Part shown: positions 35,001-47,864 of the stretch, in pieces | Numbering within the stretch: the first letter of the stretch is position 1 | Layout: each line of letters begins with the position of its first letter | From: Sphyrna mokarran | Taxonomy: Eukaryota | Length of the DNA stretch: 64,000 nt | Direction of reading: 5' to 3' | NCBI GenBank assembly: GCA_024679065.1 | Contig: JAGIQG010000017.1 | Location: forward strand, 33,852,001 to 33,916,000 | Translations under genes and position numbers: made by a program | Notes under the pieces: generated by a model | Seen by the model: the letters and a program-made list of their open reading frames with translations, nothing else | What the model was told of the DNA's origin: nothing | Databases searched by the model: none

Positions 35001-36699
35001 CCTTCCTTCCCAACTCCATTGCCGTGAATATAAGACTTGTGAGAAACAAATGTGCCATGGATATTTTTCAAAATTGTAAATAAGTCACATTACATTGATT
35101 CCATTTATTCATGTGGCATTATTATTATTTAAGATTACTGCCACACTATGTGTGTGGCATGTCACTTATGGTTACAAGGTAGTTAGGGACATTTCCTTTA
35201 TTATGAAAGAAACAACATTGTGTTTTGGTTTATTGAATGTTCATATTAGTGTCCAGTGTTCTACTCACTACGAGATGGGACAGGGTTGAACTTACAGGCT
35301 CAGTGGACTTCTTTCTATGCATTGTAAAAGACATTACAATCTTTGAGAACAATGTCAGTGGCAGTAACTGAGATGTTGTAGGTCAACTCAAGCTCTGTAA
35401 GGACTCTAACAATCAATACATGTTTGGGCAGTGCCACAACTGCACTTTAGGTCCCTTATTTTCTTACCTTGTCATTCACCATTACAACACTACCCCTCCC
35501 CTGCCCAGGCCCTTCCTACTTCACTCTCTTCTGCCTATGATCCCACCCTCTATCCTCCCGTGGAAACACCTTCCAATCCTCCATGCCCCCGAGCACACTC
35601 CAAAATCTCTCTCACCGCTGACTCACCGTTGCAGATCCCAAGCCTTCATGTAAGCTGCTATTCTCCTGTTCTGCTCCCCTATGCCGTAGAGTTAAGCAAG
35701 AAAAATTGCTGACCTCAGATACAAATTCACAAAACTGGCAGGCATACGTTACTTTTAAAGCATTGTGAACCGGGTGCCACAAGTTTCTCATTGCCACAGA
35801 CTTTATCTTGAAGGCAGGAATTTATTGAAAACTGTTATACGTTAATGAGTATTCATAACATGCAAATGTATGACAACTATGAACCTGCCACAGGCTGGTG
35901 TAACAGTCGCACATTGCAAACATCTCTGCATCTCAACCCAACATTAAGAAATCAACACTTTGCATCCCACTTAATTAAGTCACCTCACATGTCACATTTC
36001 TCACCTTTGTAGATTCCATAAAACACTACCCCACCCCCACTACAGTTTCACGTTTCCATTCATAAGAAATGAATGGACTCCAGCTGACTTCACGAAACTG
36101 AAGGACAGTTTGGAGCAAAAATCAAACATGTTTGGTATTTGTTCTTATGATTTTAATAAGATATTATTTGAGCAATGCTTTAAATTTTGGTCCATACTTT
36201 TATTTCATCTTAAGTAAAATTTGATGCAACAAAATTACAACCGTAAGTCATAATCCTTAAAATGGCACTGAATCTCTGTCCCACATGGAATTAGTCTGTA
36301 TTAATATTTACTTATATAGGCTTCATTATAATATGTAATGGTGATCTGTTTGTAAAACCAAGGCTTTGATTTAAAGGGGTAATGACATGTGCTTTTGCTA
36401 TGTAATGTTTGCATCAAATAAGCAAAATTTAAAAATGAATTTTATATTCAGTTACTTTGGTACATGTGGTAACTGAAGCTTCTTGCATGTTGTTGCTAAT
36501 TGAACTGTTGCCTAAATTATTTTGATCATCATAAACTATTTGCCAGATATTATGGATCAAATTACTTTTAGGATAAAATTGTTTACTAAAAACTTCATAA
36601 ATCACAAATTCCCTTTTCCTGTTGATTTTTGCCCTTAACTCACCATTCTGGCAGAACAATAAATGATAGCTGCTTTGGGGCAATTAAAGAAACATCATC

Positions 36700-37035
36700 T
36701 TTGTTGGCTGGTCAGCATTTATTGTCCATCCCTAGCTGTGTTTGGAGGGCAATTGAGAGTCAACCACACTGATATGGCTGTGAAGACACATGTAAGCCAG
36801 ACCAAGTTAAGATGGCAGATTACCTTCTCTCAAGTACATTAGTGGACCAGATGGGTTTTTCCCAACAATCAACAATGGTTTCATTGTCATCGGTAGATTC
36901 ATAATTTCAAATATTTTGTATTGAATTCAAATCCCACCAGTTACTGTGGCAGCATTTGCATCTGGGTTCCCAGAACATTAGTTGAGTTTCTGGATTAATA
37001 GTCTAGCAAAAATACCATTAGGCCAATCCCTCCCC
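36700..37035 (-). mobile_element. tRNA-derived SINE, family C
   Basis: Same blocks as 34323-34668 (cagcatttattgtccatccc, gagtcaaccaca, ccagatgggttttt, ctggattaatagtctag). Confidence 0.88.
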
Positions 37036-37419
37036 ATTCACTGATTTCTGTTGCAACAGAAATCAGGCCTGAAAATGTGCCCATTAGGCCAATAGACCAA
37101 ATGATGATAAAAGGGTTTCACAGTTGTTACCATTCAGTCCGAGCTCCATGACAGGCATTGGTACGTTAGAGCTCATAAGACTAAAACCACAACTCATGAG
37201 CTCACTACAAGTTATACTTGCATACCACAAAGACCACATGGCCCAAATTGTTAATACCATTAAGTTCACTCATCCTTAGCTTCTCAATCACAACCTCAAT
37301 CAGTTTCCCACAATCATTATGGGGGAAAAGCCTTAAGCCAATTTAAAGAACACAAAAACTGGGAATTTCATAGCAGATCATTCCCAATCCCACTACCCTT
37401 AGGTATTCAAGCAACTTCT

Positions 37420-37700
37420 AGGAGACAACAGAGATTGGTCCATTATTGTTATCAATCCAACAATCACTCCTCCATCACTCGAGAATTTAAATCATGGTGA
37501 TCCATCCAGCTCTCCTTTGAATGTTTTCAGTACATATATACTTACTACATGATTTGCCAATCCATTCTAAAGATTGACAACTCTGTAAAGGAAAATATTT
37601 CATAATGTTTAACCTAACTCTATTTCTGATTCTACACAGGTTGATGCCACCCACTCATCCATGCCTATTTAGCTCAATTAGTTTCTCCATGGACAGAACA
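37420..37700 (-). mobile_element. Old decayed CR1-like 3' fragment
   Basis: tccagctctcctttgaatgttttcag...ccattctaaagattgacaactctg..gaaaatattt, an antisense CR1 ORF2-end pattern. Confidence 0.4.
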
Positions 37701-37715
37701 CAATCCAGAGAGGGG

Positions 37716-38030
37716 GGGCAGCATGGTGGAGGAGTGGTTAGCATTGCTGCCTCCTAGTCCAGGGAACTAGGTTCAATTCCAGCCTTGGGTCACTGCCTGT
37801 GAGGAGTTTGTACTTTCTTCTGGTGTCTGTTGGGTTTCCTCTGGGTGCTCTGCTTTCCTCCCTATAGTCCAAAGATGTGACTGGCCATGCTAAATTTATC
37901 CTACTGTCAAGGGGGTTAGCTATGGTAAATGAAGGTTGCAGAAATAGGGCCTGGGTGGGATTGTGGTCAGTACAGACTTGATGGGCTGGGTGACTTCCTT
38001 CTGTACTGTAGGGATTCTATAAATTCTATA
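37716..38030 (+). mobile_element. HE1 (V-SINE) with CR1-type tail
   Basis: gggcagcatggtggaggagtggttagcattgctgcctc...ggttcaattcc, V-domain, tail cttctgtactgtagggattctat. Confidence 0.92.
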
Positions 38031-39198
38031 TATACCTAAATCACATCTGGACAAAGTTTTGTAGAAAGTCCTTTTTAAGCTAAACCTGTATTGATAAGTC
38101 GGGGTCCTCAAGTGGACCTACTCTGAAACACATGCAGGTTCTTTCCCACCATATGAAGTATCTAAAACTGAATACAGTCTTCTAGATCAGTCAGATCAAA
38201 GCCATATACAAATCAAATATCTATTTTGAATTTTCTTTCATTCAACTACTAAGACTATCCTTGATCTCTATGAATTAGTTTCCTTCTAAATATGTGTGAG
38301 GCTTGCACACTCCTTAGAAACTGCATTAGATAAATCACTTTGAACTTATCAATGTACCATTTACATCATGGGGACGATTCTCCCAAAAATATTTTAAGTG
38401 TCGAACTTGCATAAATCCTGCTGATTTTTTCAGCGGGATTTTCAAACTGAATGTCCCACACTGTACACTGCAGGATGCACTAACATGAATCACATGAAAA
38501 ATCAGGAAGCAGCTCCTATTCCCACTGAAGAGGCTGAAATCAGCACACTGAGTGGGCTACTATTTATACATCAATCTCTGGGAGATCGCTAAATAAGTCC
38601 TCCCAACATTGAAATCGCTGGCCTCTCAATTGTTCCGATGGACATTGCTGGCCTCATCACTGGCCTCCTCACCCCCACAAGAACATTCCTGACCTCCTGG
38701 CCTCCCATCCCCCAATGACCCGAACATCAGTGGTCTTCCCGTCCCCCACCGACCGGAATATCGCCGGCCTCCTGATCTCCCCTCTCCTCCCTTTCACACG
38801 CAGAGCACTGACCTCACAGCTGCCTTTTACACACAGAATACTCTACTGCCATGCACAACCCCTGCCTACGAGCATTCCCTCTCATTGAGTGAGACCCTTG
38901 AGCATTCCCACCTCCACCACTCCCGCCAACCAAAAAACACAGTACCTTGCTGAGTGAGCCCCTTGCACATTGCTTCCTCTCCTCCCCTCTGGACACAGTA
39001 ATTTGATGAGTTAACCCAATCAGCACTTTTGGAAATGGCTCACCCTCTATTGGAATCAGATTGCCTATATGCTATTCACAATGGAAGTTAACTAACAGAT
39101 CTATGGGTGGCCCAAACTCACTGCAGCTGGACTCCCTTAACAAAGCAAACCTGTATATAAGCTGCAATTATGGACACACAGGCTGTCACGCCTGGAAG

Positions 39199-41256
39199 AT
39201 GGCACCTCAGAGAATTGGCCCCAGATTCTCTGAGGATGATAGGCCTGTCTGCTGGATGCAGTGGAGGAGAGGTGCTAGCTACTGTTCCCCATTCAGGGTT
39301 GTAGCCCAAGGGATTGCGCAGCACAGCACGTTATGGGAAACATGACTGCAGTTGTGAATTCCCGAACCCCTTAGTCTGGAGATCAGTACTAGGAGAAAAT
39401 GAATGACTCACTTCGAGCAACAGAAATAAGTGTGCATCCCATTCTGAAACCTGTTCATGTGCCACGCTTACAATGTCAAACCATCCCCATACACCTCAAG
39501 GGGAGCCACCAACCAATTCCTCCCAAAGTACTGCCTCCAACCCTGTGGCACTCCGCAACCTCCCCCCCCCCCCCACCCACCACCACCACCCCCACCATCC
39601 CCATCAGCACCCCCAGTGGAAAGATATTTCCCCAAAAGGATCAATACAAGCTCTCCAACCCTGACACACATTGCACCTCATGCCCTTCTATCCATCTTGC
39701 TTTCAATCCCCATTATGCTCCCAAAGGAGAAAAATACACAAAACTGCAAACAAAAGGGAAAATACTGGTGGGAATATTCAAGAGCTGCAGTTGCTGATGG
39801 TCTCTGAGCAGCATGCCCTGGAGCTGGCAGTGGGGAATGAGCCCAGAATGGTTAACGTCAGCCAGGTCGACATCCAGCATGCAAGTGAGCTTCAGCCGAA
39901 CCCTATTCATAAGTCTTCTTTGAAATAAGTGCCATGCTGCGTGGGCTATTTCCCCTCCATTCCCTTAACTTGCGTGGATCCTGATGCACAAGGTCCTCTG
40001 GTACCACTGCCCCTCAGCTGTTCATGAAGAAACTCCCCAAGACACTTCAGAAGACAAAACTTCAGAAGGAGGCCCTGACATTTCCTCCGAGGACATCACC
40101 AGTGAGTTGGCACAGGCAAAAACTGTGTATCTCACCAACACAGAGAGAATACCATGGCAGTGGGTCATGTTAGTGCTGAGGTTTCTGGGTTACTTACTGA
40201 TGAGCACATCATAGCTATTGATGCATGTCGGGTGGAGGCAGGAACATCTGAGGACTCAAGTATGCAATAGTCTGCTGGAGGCAAGGAATCAGTTGGCCCC
40301 AAGCCAGATGCTGGGCTTCAGAGTTTGTTCGTCCTGAGGCTGGTGGAGATGCATCAGGTAACTTGGGGAGTTGTGGAAGGGCTGTCAGCAAACATACTGG
40401 AACCGCAAAGCTGTTTAGACGAGTCAAACAGAGTGCTGTCGCAGGAGGTGGTGTCGACACAGTATGAGACCAGGCCAACACTGCCAGAGTGGCATCCGCA
40501 GTAGAAAGTCTGGGTCAGGGATTTGGCCTCATGGGTCCAGGCCATCCTGGAGACACAGCAGGCCATGGAAGAGACACAGCAGGCCACGGCTGGGGGTGTC
40601 ACTGGCATCTGGGAGGCACATCAGGTCATGGCCACAGGTGTTGGGGCATGTTGGAGACACTGCTGGCCATGGCAGGGAGTCTTGCTGGGATTCTGAAGAC
40701 AAAGCAGGCCATGGCTGTGGACCTTGACACTTAGCCCAGTTTCAGAGGGCAAATGCTGAGGGGCTTCAGAACTTGGCCTCGCTCACAGAATGCTGTGGAG
40801 CCCCAGAGCTTGGCCATGTCTCAGAGGGCCTGCACTGAGAGATCACAGACCATGGGGCAGCTGCATCTGGGCCTCCAGGACGTTGACGATGCAGCTTTGG
40901 AGCTCAGTCCAGCTGCCCTGGCATCCCATGGATTGTCCCCCTGGCCTACAAGCACCCAGAGGGAGGAGGATGGGGTAGAACCCATGCCAAGGCCTTCCAC
41001 CCAGGAGACTCTGGACCTCCCAAAATCTTTCGATTCCCCCCTTCCTCACAACAGGACATCTAAACTGGATGAACAAGGGGCACGGAAACATTAGCATCAT
41101 CCGCAAGTTGCCCAGGATTTCCAGGATCCTGGGGACGGCCACCAAGGGCATCACAGGCAATGGGACATGGATCAGCTCCACCTCCAATATGCATCCTGGG
41201 GAGTGCCTAGGAGGCCACGCAAGATTAGAAAGGGTCGCTATGAGGGCACATGTAAA
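39199..41256 (+). pseudogene. Harbinger Myb/SANT-like protein pseudogene, about three exons
   Basis: Exon 1: MAPQRIGPRFSEDD / LLDAVEERC*LLFP...EKMNDSLRATE followed by a decayed donor (ataagt). Exon 2: RENTGGNIQELQLLMVSEQHALEL...gtgag. Exon 3: acidic region then ETQQAM-type repeats. Stops and frameshifts present. Confidence 0.85.
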
Positions 41257-41843
41257 GGTCACCAGTAGTCATGGTTAAGGTTTCTGTAAATGATAAAAGC
41301 ATAATTAAATGTTATTTAAACCTCACAACTGAATGTTCTCTAATCTCACACATCGAGGCACAGACTCCTCTGTTACATGATACCAGCCCCTCAGCCAAAT
41401 GTTATAGACTGCCAGCACTACTTTCCCCAGCATCTCCCAGACTGTTAGTCAAACACCACTTCGGGCATCACCCCCCCCCCCAAAGAGTCGAATTCCCTGA
41501 CTCATTGCCCCACATGCTTGTATTCCTAATCCTTACTGTTACGTGGCCTCAGTTGGCAATGTACAGTCGGGGAACAGAAAGGGGTGAGACTTGGGTGGAA
41601 CCAGGGGCAGGATCCTATGTGCCTTACAATGAGTCATCAACATCCTCCAGCCTTCACCAAAGAGTGGCTAGTATGGCCAGCCTGGGCCCATTACCCTATT
41701 GCTATGTTACTCAGGGAATGGGGTGAGAGAGGGTGGGGGAGGAGTGAGAGAGGGTAGAGATGGGCAGCTTTAAGTTGGGGGTGACTGCAGTTGATCCTGG
41801 GATGTGGTGGAAGGGTTTTGGGAGCAACAAAGCATGATGCTAA

Positions 41844-42868
41844 CTATGTGAAGTGGGCTACTATCAGGGCCTCCCTTTCAGCCCTGCCCTGCTGTCTCCT
41901 TGCCATTGTTGGCTGTCTTCCATCCTCCTTCTTCACATCTGGCAGGTGTCGATCCTCTTCCAGCTGGTCTCCTTGCTGCTGTTCGATGTTGTGCAGAACA
42001 CAGCACACAATTATGATGCATGAGGCACGCTCAGTGTTGTACTGGAGTGCACCCCCAGCGGTCTATGCAATGCCCAATAACAGAACAGGTGATCTCATTA
42101 TAACGGATTTCAACTTTGGTCTCAGGCTCCGCACTAATGTCATCAGTCATGAGCTCAGTGGGTAGCTCATTCCCCAGGAGCCAATCCAGCATCCTGCACT
42201 GATCTCCGATGAGCTCAGAAATGTCCAACCACCTCAGCACATAGCTGTCATGGACACTCCCTAGGTGATGTGCACAGACGTGCATTATGTTCATCCGATG
42301 GTCACAGACAAACTGAACATTCAGTGAGTGGAATCCTTTTCTGTTGATAAATGTTTGTCCCCCACCTCATGGGTATCCCAGGGCAATGGGTGTCCAATCC
42401 ACTGTCCCCTGAAGATGGAGCATCCCAGCAATGGCTGCGAAACCTACAGCTCGGGCCTCCTGCTGTGCTTGGCCAACATAAAAATTGATGTATGGGCCTG
42501 CTAGGGCATCTGCGCCCCAACGAATTCACCCGTGGGCCGTAGCTTGCAAGATTCCACAGATGTCTGCACTGGGTCCCTTCTAGTGGCGTCTCCTCCAGAT
42601 TGCCGGACCATATCCTTTAGTGGTGACAACATGTGGACTCTGATATGCCCTCAAATGACCTCGTGGTCCAGTATTGCCTTGGGCTCTGCATCCTCCTTCT
42701 CCTGGCCGCCTCTTTCGGTAGACTGCTCTCCCACTTCATGGGCATCACCTGCTGCCCTCCTTCCTCAGGATCTCTCACTGATTGCTCTCTATTCCTTCCA
42801 CCTCCTGAGTTCCTCCTCCTCAGCCGCCACCATATGGCCAGCTCTAGACCAATAAGTCTGAAATCCAT
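41844..42868 (-). pseudogene. HARBI1-like Harbinger transposase pseudogene
   Basis: GFAAIAGMLHLQGTVDWTPIAL (first catalytic D), FINRKGFHSLNVQFVCDH, GSVHDSYVLR (second D), WLLG, PETKVEIRYNE, ending REALIVAHFT*; frameshifted with deletions. Confidence 0.93.
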
Positions 42869-43594
42869 TTTGCATGGTGAGGGTTAGAGAGGGAGTGGTA
42901 GATTCTTGTCATTGCTTTTAACTATCCCTGCACCAATGCACCCTCCAACCCCCCACTCCTGAAATCCTTAGCACTCAGTGCAGTCCCTCACCACACCCCA
43001 TAGCCAGAACAATGGAACAGCCCAGTGGCTGACCAGCACTCAGTAAATGGCCCCACTCCACCCCACAGAGACTACATGGAACATCCCTGAGCCTGGGGAC
43101 AGCACTTCCAGCTCTCCAGGAAGTGTTCCGCAGCAAGCAGAAAGTTTTCAAGTCCTGAGTCCATCCTTTCACATTGGGGGGCTGCAGCCCCCATAACATT
43201 TACCTCCTTAGTCCATGCCAACTTCCGACTTTCATACAGCTGTTGTAAATCACACCAGCATAACGTCACGCCAGAGAGGAGGGAGATGCTAGCAGGGAGG
43301 AGGGAGTTCTGTAGCAGACTCACTAATGATATGGTAAGCTACTATAACACAAGCAAATTGCTGCCACACTGATTTTCAGCATTATTCAGTTGACGCTAGT
43401 AATCTTAGGCTGCGAGACATGTGGAGGCCTGGATGCCCAGTGGGAATCCCACAAAACAGTTGTCATTGATGTCTCCTGGCCCACTGTGCTACTTGAACAG
43501 CAGGTGGGGAGAATCACTCCCCTCCTCTCCCATAAATTTAAATTTAAAATGATCTTGACAAAGGTAATAACACAAAACTGAAAGTGTGGATTAC

Positions 43595-44383
43595 TGTGAC
43601 ATCAGTGTACCTTTAAGAGGTTTTTTAAATCATGTTCTCTGTAGCTCTCAGTTCTCACTGGGTTGTTTACTAGGAGTCCCTTTTACTGCACGTTAAGTGG
43701 CTTTAAAAAGGGCTTGTTTATTTATACTTTGGAAATTAGTTTTCTGAGCTTTCATTGTCAGAAGGAAGAATGTTTGCAGGTCAGCTGACAGGAGCTCTTT
43801 CAGTTTCAGTTCTGAGCTGCAGGTTTTAGTTTTATAAAAATGGTCATCAAGCTAGAAAGAAGTCTCTCTCTCCTTCTCCCTAGTTTTAGGAAATTCTACA
43901 GTTTAGTTGAAAGCCTTCCTAGAAGAGAAAATCTGGTGCTGATGGCTTGACCAGAAAGTCTCCCAGGTCTGGGAAATTGTCCTGACTTCAAACTGTTCTG
44001 AGTCTATCAACAGAGCTGCGGCATTTATCTAAAGGACTCAGTTCCAGTATTGCATGAGCATGAGTGTTTGCTGTGTTAAACTTGTAAAAAGGGTTTTGTC
44101 TAAAATCAGTTTTGGGTTTGATTAGAACATCTTAGATATCCTTGTTAAGCATTATATATTATTTTGGCTGTTCTGTTTTTGTTTACAATTGATAAAAGTT
44201 ATCGCTAATTTTCTTTCCATGCATGTTAACTATACTCTTAAATAAACTTGGTTTGAAAAAACTCCCTTGGTTACCTGAATCGTACCGGAGGTGAACCACA
44301 TCATTCTTACCCTAGCCAAATTCAAGGTGTAAAACAGGTGGGTTTCATGAAACATTGCGGAGTTTCTGACCTGAATTGTAAGA
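43595..44383 (+). mobile_element. Solo LTR (probably Ty3/Gypsy-type), 789 bp
   Basis: Begins tgtgaca, ends tgtaaga (mutated ...CA), flanked by perfect 5-bp TSD attac (43590-43594, 44384-44388); TATA-like ttataaaa near 43832 and aataaa at 44241-44246. Confidence 0.85.
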
Positions 44384-44774
44384 ATTACTGTTACGACGCA
44401 ATACTTAGTGGAAAAATTACAGGCCAATTGTTGAAATAAATTTGATAAATGAATTTGAATCATGGAATGATAACCTCAAAACTAAATTTGCATTGTACCT
44501 TACCACTAATTTTAACTAATGTATCTGAGGCTTACTTCCAATTTCGCAACGAAAATTTCAATATCTAATCAAATAAAGAAATATGTGGTAGACATCATCG
44601 TCGTGCTAGAAAATTAGGAGGATTTATTTTTGTGAGATAAAAATGCTAATAATTGTTGGGGCTGAAGCTGAATGCCCCTATTCTGATTCTGATGCTATCA
44701 AATTTCATGTAGGTTCCATTGACATTCCATTGGAATGTTAATCCCAGGACAGGTACACAGGGAGTTGTGTCTTT

Positions 44775-45078
44775 TAAGTTTAAAGTTTATTTATTAGTGT
44801 CACAATAGGCTTACAGTAAGACTGCAATGAAACTACTGTGGAAATTCCCTAAACATCATATTCTGGAATCTGTTTGGGTACACTGAAGGAGAATTTAGCA
44901 CGGCCAATGCATCTAACGAGCATGTCTTTCGGACTGTGTGAGGAAACTGGAGCCCCTGGAGGAAACCCACGGGGAGAATGTGCAAACTCCGCACAGACAG
45001 TGACCCAAGCTGGGAATTGAACCTGCATCCCTGGTGCTGTGAGGCTGCAGTGCTGATCACTGTGACACCTTGCTGCCC
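44775..45078 (-). mobile_element. V-SINE, tail B
   Basis: aagtttaaagtttatttattagtgtcacaataggcttac...gctgtgaggctgcagtgctgatcactgtgacaccttgctgccc. Confidence 0.9.
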
Positions 45079-45552
45079 GTGTTGTGTTGCCATGAGTGTG
45101 AAATGCTTTGTATCAGCCAAGTGACCAGCTCCCCAAAATGCCACTTTTAATAGCTAGTCTGTAAAAGGAAAAGCAATGCATGATATAAAATGGACATCAC
45201 ATAGGCCATGAAGAGTTCTGCCAGGCCACCCACAGATTGTGGTGAGAAAACTCTAAACTTTAATACACCAGCTGTGAAAACAGAACCATGACATCCACAG
45301 TCAGTTCCTTCATCTGCACCTTAAAACTTCTGTCAGGGAACAAAGTCAGGTACTCTCTTTATTGGTGTTACACATCTGGAGACCAGCTTCTAGAAATGTA
45401 TATCTGTGGGAAATGAAATGCCATTATGAACTAAAGATTCCATGTGTAGTCAGATACTATACAATTTCCTCTATTAATTCTTATGTAGTGGAAATAATTA
45501 ATGACTGTAACTGTTAATTGCAGATAAAAATGATAGATTCTCAAATAATAGT

Positions 45553-45621
45553 GATGTCTATCCATTACCAGAACATTTTCCCTAGATGTCTATCCATTAC
45601 CAGAACATTTTCCCTAGATGT
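45553..45621. repeat. Perfect 32-bp tandem duplication
   Basis: gatgtctatccattaccagaacattttcccta twice, plus gatgt. Confidence 0.95.
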
Positions 45622-46014
45622 ATTGAAAAAGAATGATAGCAGTGCCTTTACAGCTCTGATGTTAGATAATTGCATTTTTCCTGTGGTTTTGAGTTTGGAT
45701 TCCAGCTAACTATCAAACCAAATTACTTTTCATTGGCTCTTGGCCAGATCACAAGAGGTAAATTCTTTGTGGTGGTTATGAAGTCTTCTGCTACAGGGCA
45801 AAAAAATTGGCAAGAAGTAAGTTTCCTGTCCCAGATATGTGGATCTCCTGTCTACTGCCCCAAAGTAGAAAAAGCCACAGCCAAACAAGAATTTGATAGG
45901 TTAGTTATTCCACATTCCCAATGGATAGTGAGCTGTAAAGCAGATAAAACTTAAAATTTTAAATGAACGAAAGCAATAACAAAAAAGGGAACATCTAGAA
46001 AGAAATGAAATAGT

Positions 46015-47070
46015 TTTTTTTGTTTCTTATTTATTCATGGGCTGTGGGCATTTCTGTCTTTATTGACCTTCCCTAATTGCCCTTGAGAACGTGGTGGTTA
46101 ACTGACTTCTTGAACTGCTGCAGTCCATGAGAAATATATCCAGAGTGCTATGAAGAAAGTGAATTCCAGGATTTTGGCCTAGAGACAGTGAAGGAACACT
46201 GAAATATTTCCAAATCGGAATACCAATGACTTGGAGGGGAATTTCCAAGTGCTTCTATGCCTTTGTTTTTCCAGATGGTATGGTCATAAATTTAGAAGGT
46301 GTTGTCAAAGGAACTTTATTGAATTCCTGTAGTGCATCTTGTAGATTGGTACTCATTTCTGCTACTATGCATCAGTGGTGGAGGGAAGGAATATTTGTGA
46401 ATGGGATGCTGATCAAATCGGTTGCTTTGTCCTGAATGATGCTGAGCTGTTTGAGTGGTGTTGGAGCTGTACTCATCCAGGAAAATGGAGAATATTCCAT
46501 CATATTTTTGACTTATACCTGTGGACTATGGACAGTTTTTGGGGACTCAAGAAATGAGTCACTTGCAAGAGGACCCCTTGCCTCTGATCTGCTCTTATAG
46601 CCACAATATTTATCTACCTTATCAAGTTCAGTCCCTGGTCAATGGTAACCCTCAGGATATTGATAATAGGGGTTACAGCAACGGCAATGTCGTTGAATGT
46701 CAAGAGGTGTTAGTCAGATTTTCTCTTGTTGGATATGGCCATTGCCTGGTACCTGTGTGATGCAAATGTTTCCTGCTACTTGTCAGTCCAAGCCTGGATT
46801 TTGTCCAGGTCTTGGTGCGTTTGGACATAGATTGTTTCTTTTTCTGAGGAGTCGCAAATGGTGCTGAACATTATGCGATTATCAGTGAATGTCCCCACTT
46901 CTGACCTTATGATGGAAGGAAGGTCATTGATGAAGCAGCTGAAGATAGCTGGGGCGAGGACACTACCCTGAGGAACTCCTGCAGTGATGGCCTGGAGCTG
47001 AGGTGATTGAGCTCCAAAACTCAAAACCATTTTGTTTGTGCTTGGGTATGGCTCCAACCAGATGTTACCT
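46015..47070 (-). mobile_element. CR1/L2-group LINE 3' fragment (RT plus tail)
   Basis: ORF 46776-47090 reads ITAGVPQGSVLAPAIFSCFINDLPS...FTDN...QDLDKIQAW; tail (ttattgaccttccctaattgcccttgag) as in 22965-24596. Confidence 0.9.
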
Positions 47071-47864
47071 TCACCTGCTGTGGACATCAACTTTCTCAGC
47101 TTTCAGTATTAGCAGAATGAGTTAAGATTCATCTGTCATTTCTGTATCTACCAGAAATAGTCTGTCTTTGCCTCTCTAGCAACTGCCTCCAATAGTATAT
47201 AGGCCGTAATAAATCTCTACGTAGCAACATATGATTCACAACACGCTTCCATAACAATTCTTTAATAGATAATCCTAGCTTGCTCCCAAATACAGTTGCA
47301 AGTAACTACATTTCACAAGTGACTCTAATCTTTCATTGCAGTATCAATTATTTTTCTTTGCACTATTGTAAGAGACAAGAGTACTGAGCATGATAGAATG
47401 TTAGCATTAATTTTGTTAAGTATCAAAAGTTATCTGGTATGGAAGTTATTGTTTGCTTTCAAATCGATCATTAACTTGAAAGATGTAATCTATGAATGAT
47501 CACCAGCACAATTATTGGCATAGGCATTCCCTGATGATCCTATCACCTAAATTTTGGGCCTTTGAAACCCTGAACACTTTGTGGAAATGCTTTTATGTGC
47601 CTTCTCCAGAGCTTGTGATAAGGATTGACAGTATGTACACTCAAATTGTTATCAATATATGACTCTTTCCCTATAAGTCACATCAAGGTTATATATCTTT
47701 CTAACTGAATTGTAGTTAATGGACAATATTCGGACTTTTTCCATTAGCTCAGAAATTCCTCAGAACTCGATTCCCTCTCTCACTCTGTCTTTCACATCAA
47801 TGACTTCTTCCATTCATGATCCAACCCTATCCAATTTGTGCCAAATGAATGTAGGTGGAGGGAT

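Larger units (their letters stand above)
38370..43521. mobile_element. Decayed full-length PIF/Harbinger transposon 3
   Basis: Terminal inverted repeats ggggacgattctccc (38370-38384) and gggagaatcactccc (43507-43521), 12/15 match; convergent Myb/SANT and transposase genes. TSD not clear. Confidence 0.9.

Noticed and set aside
12245-42868. Domesticated HARBI1, NAIF1 or MSANTD host genes
   Set aside because: All copies carry stops, frameshifts or deletions and sit within transposon-like ends.
40540-45621. CRISPR-like arrays at the short repeats (40540-40590, 45553-45621)
   Set aside because: Tandem units without unique spacers, no cas genes, vertebrate context.
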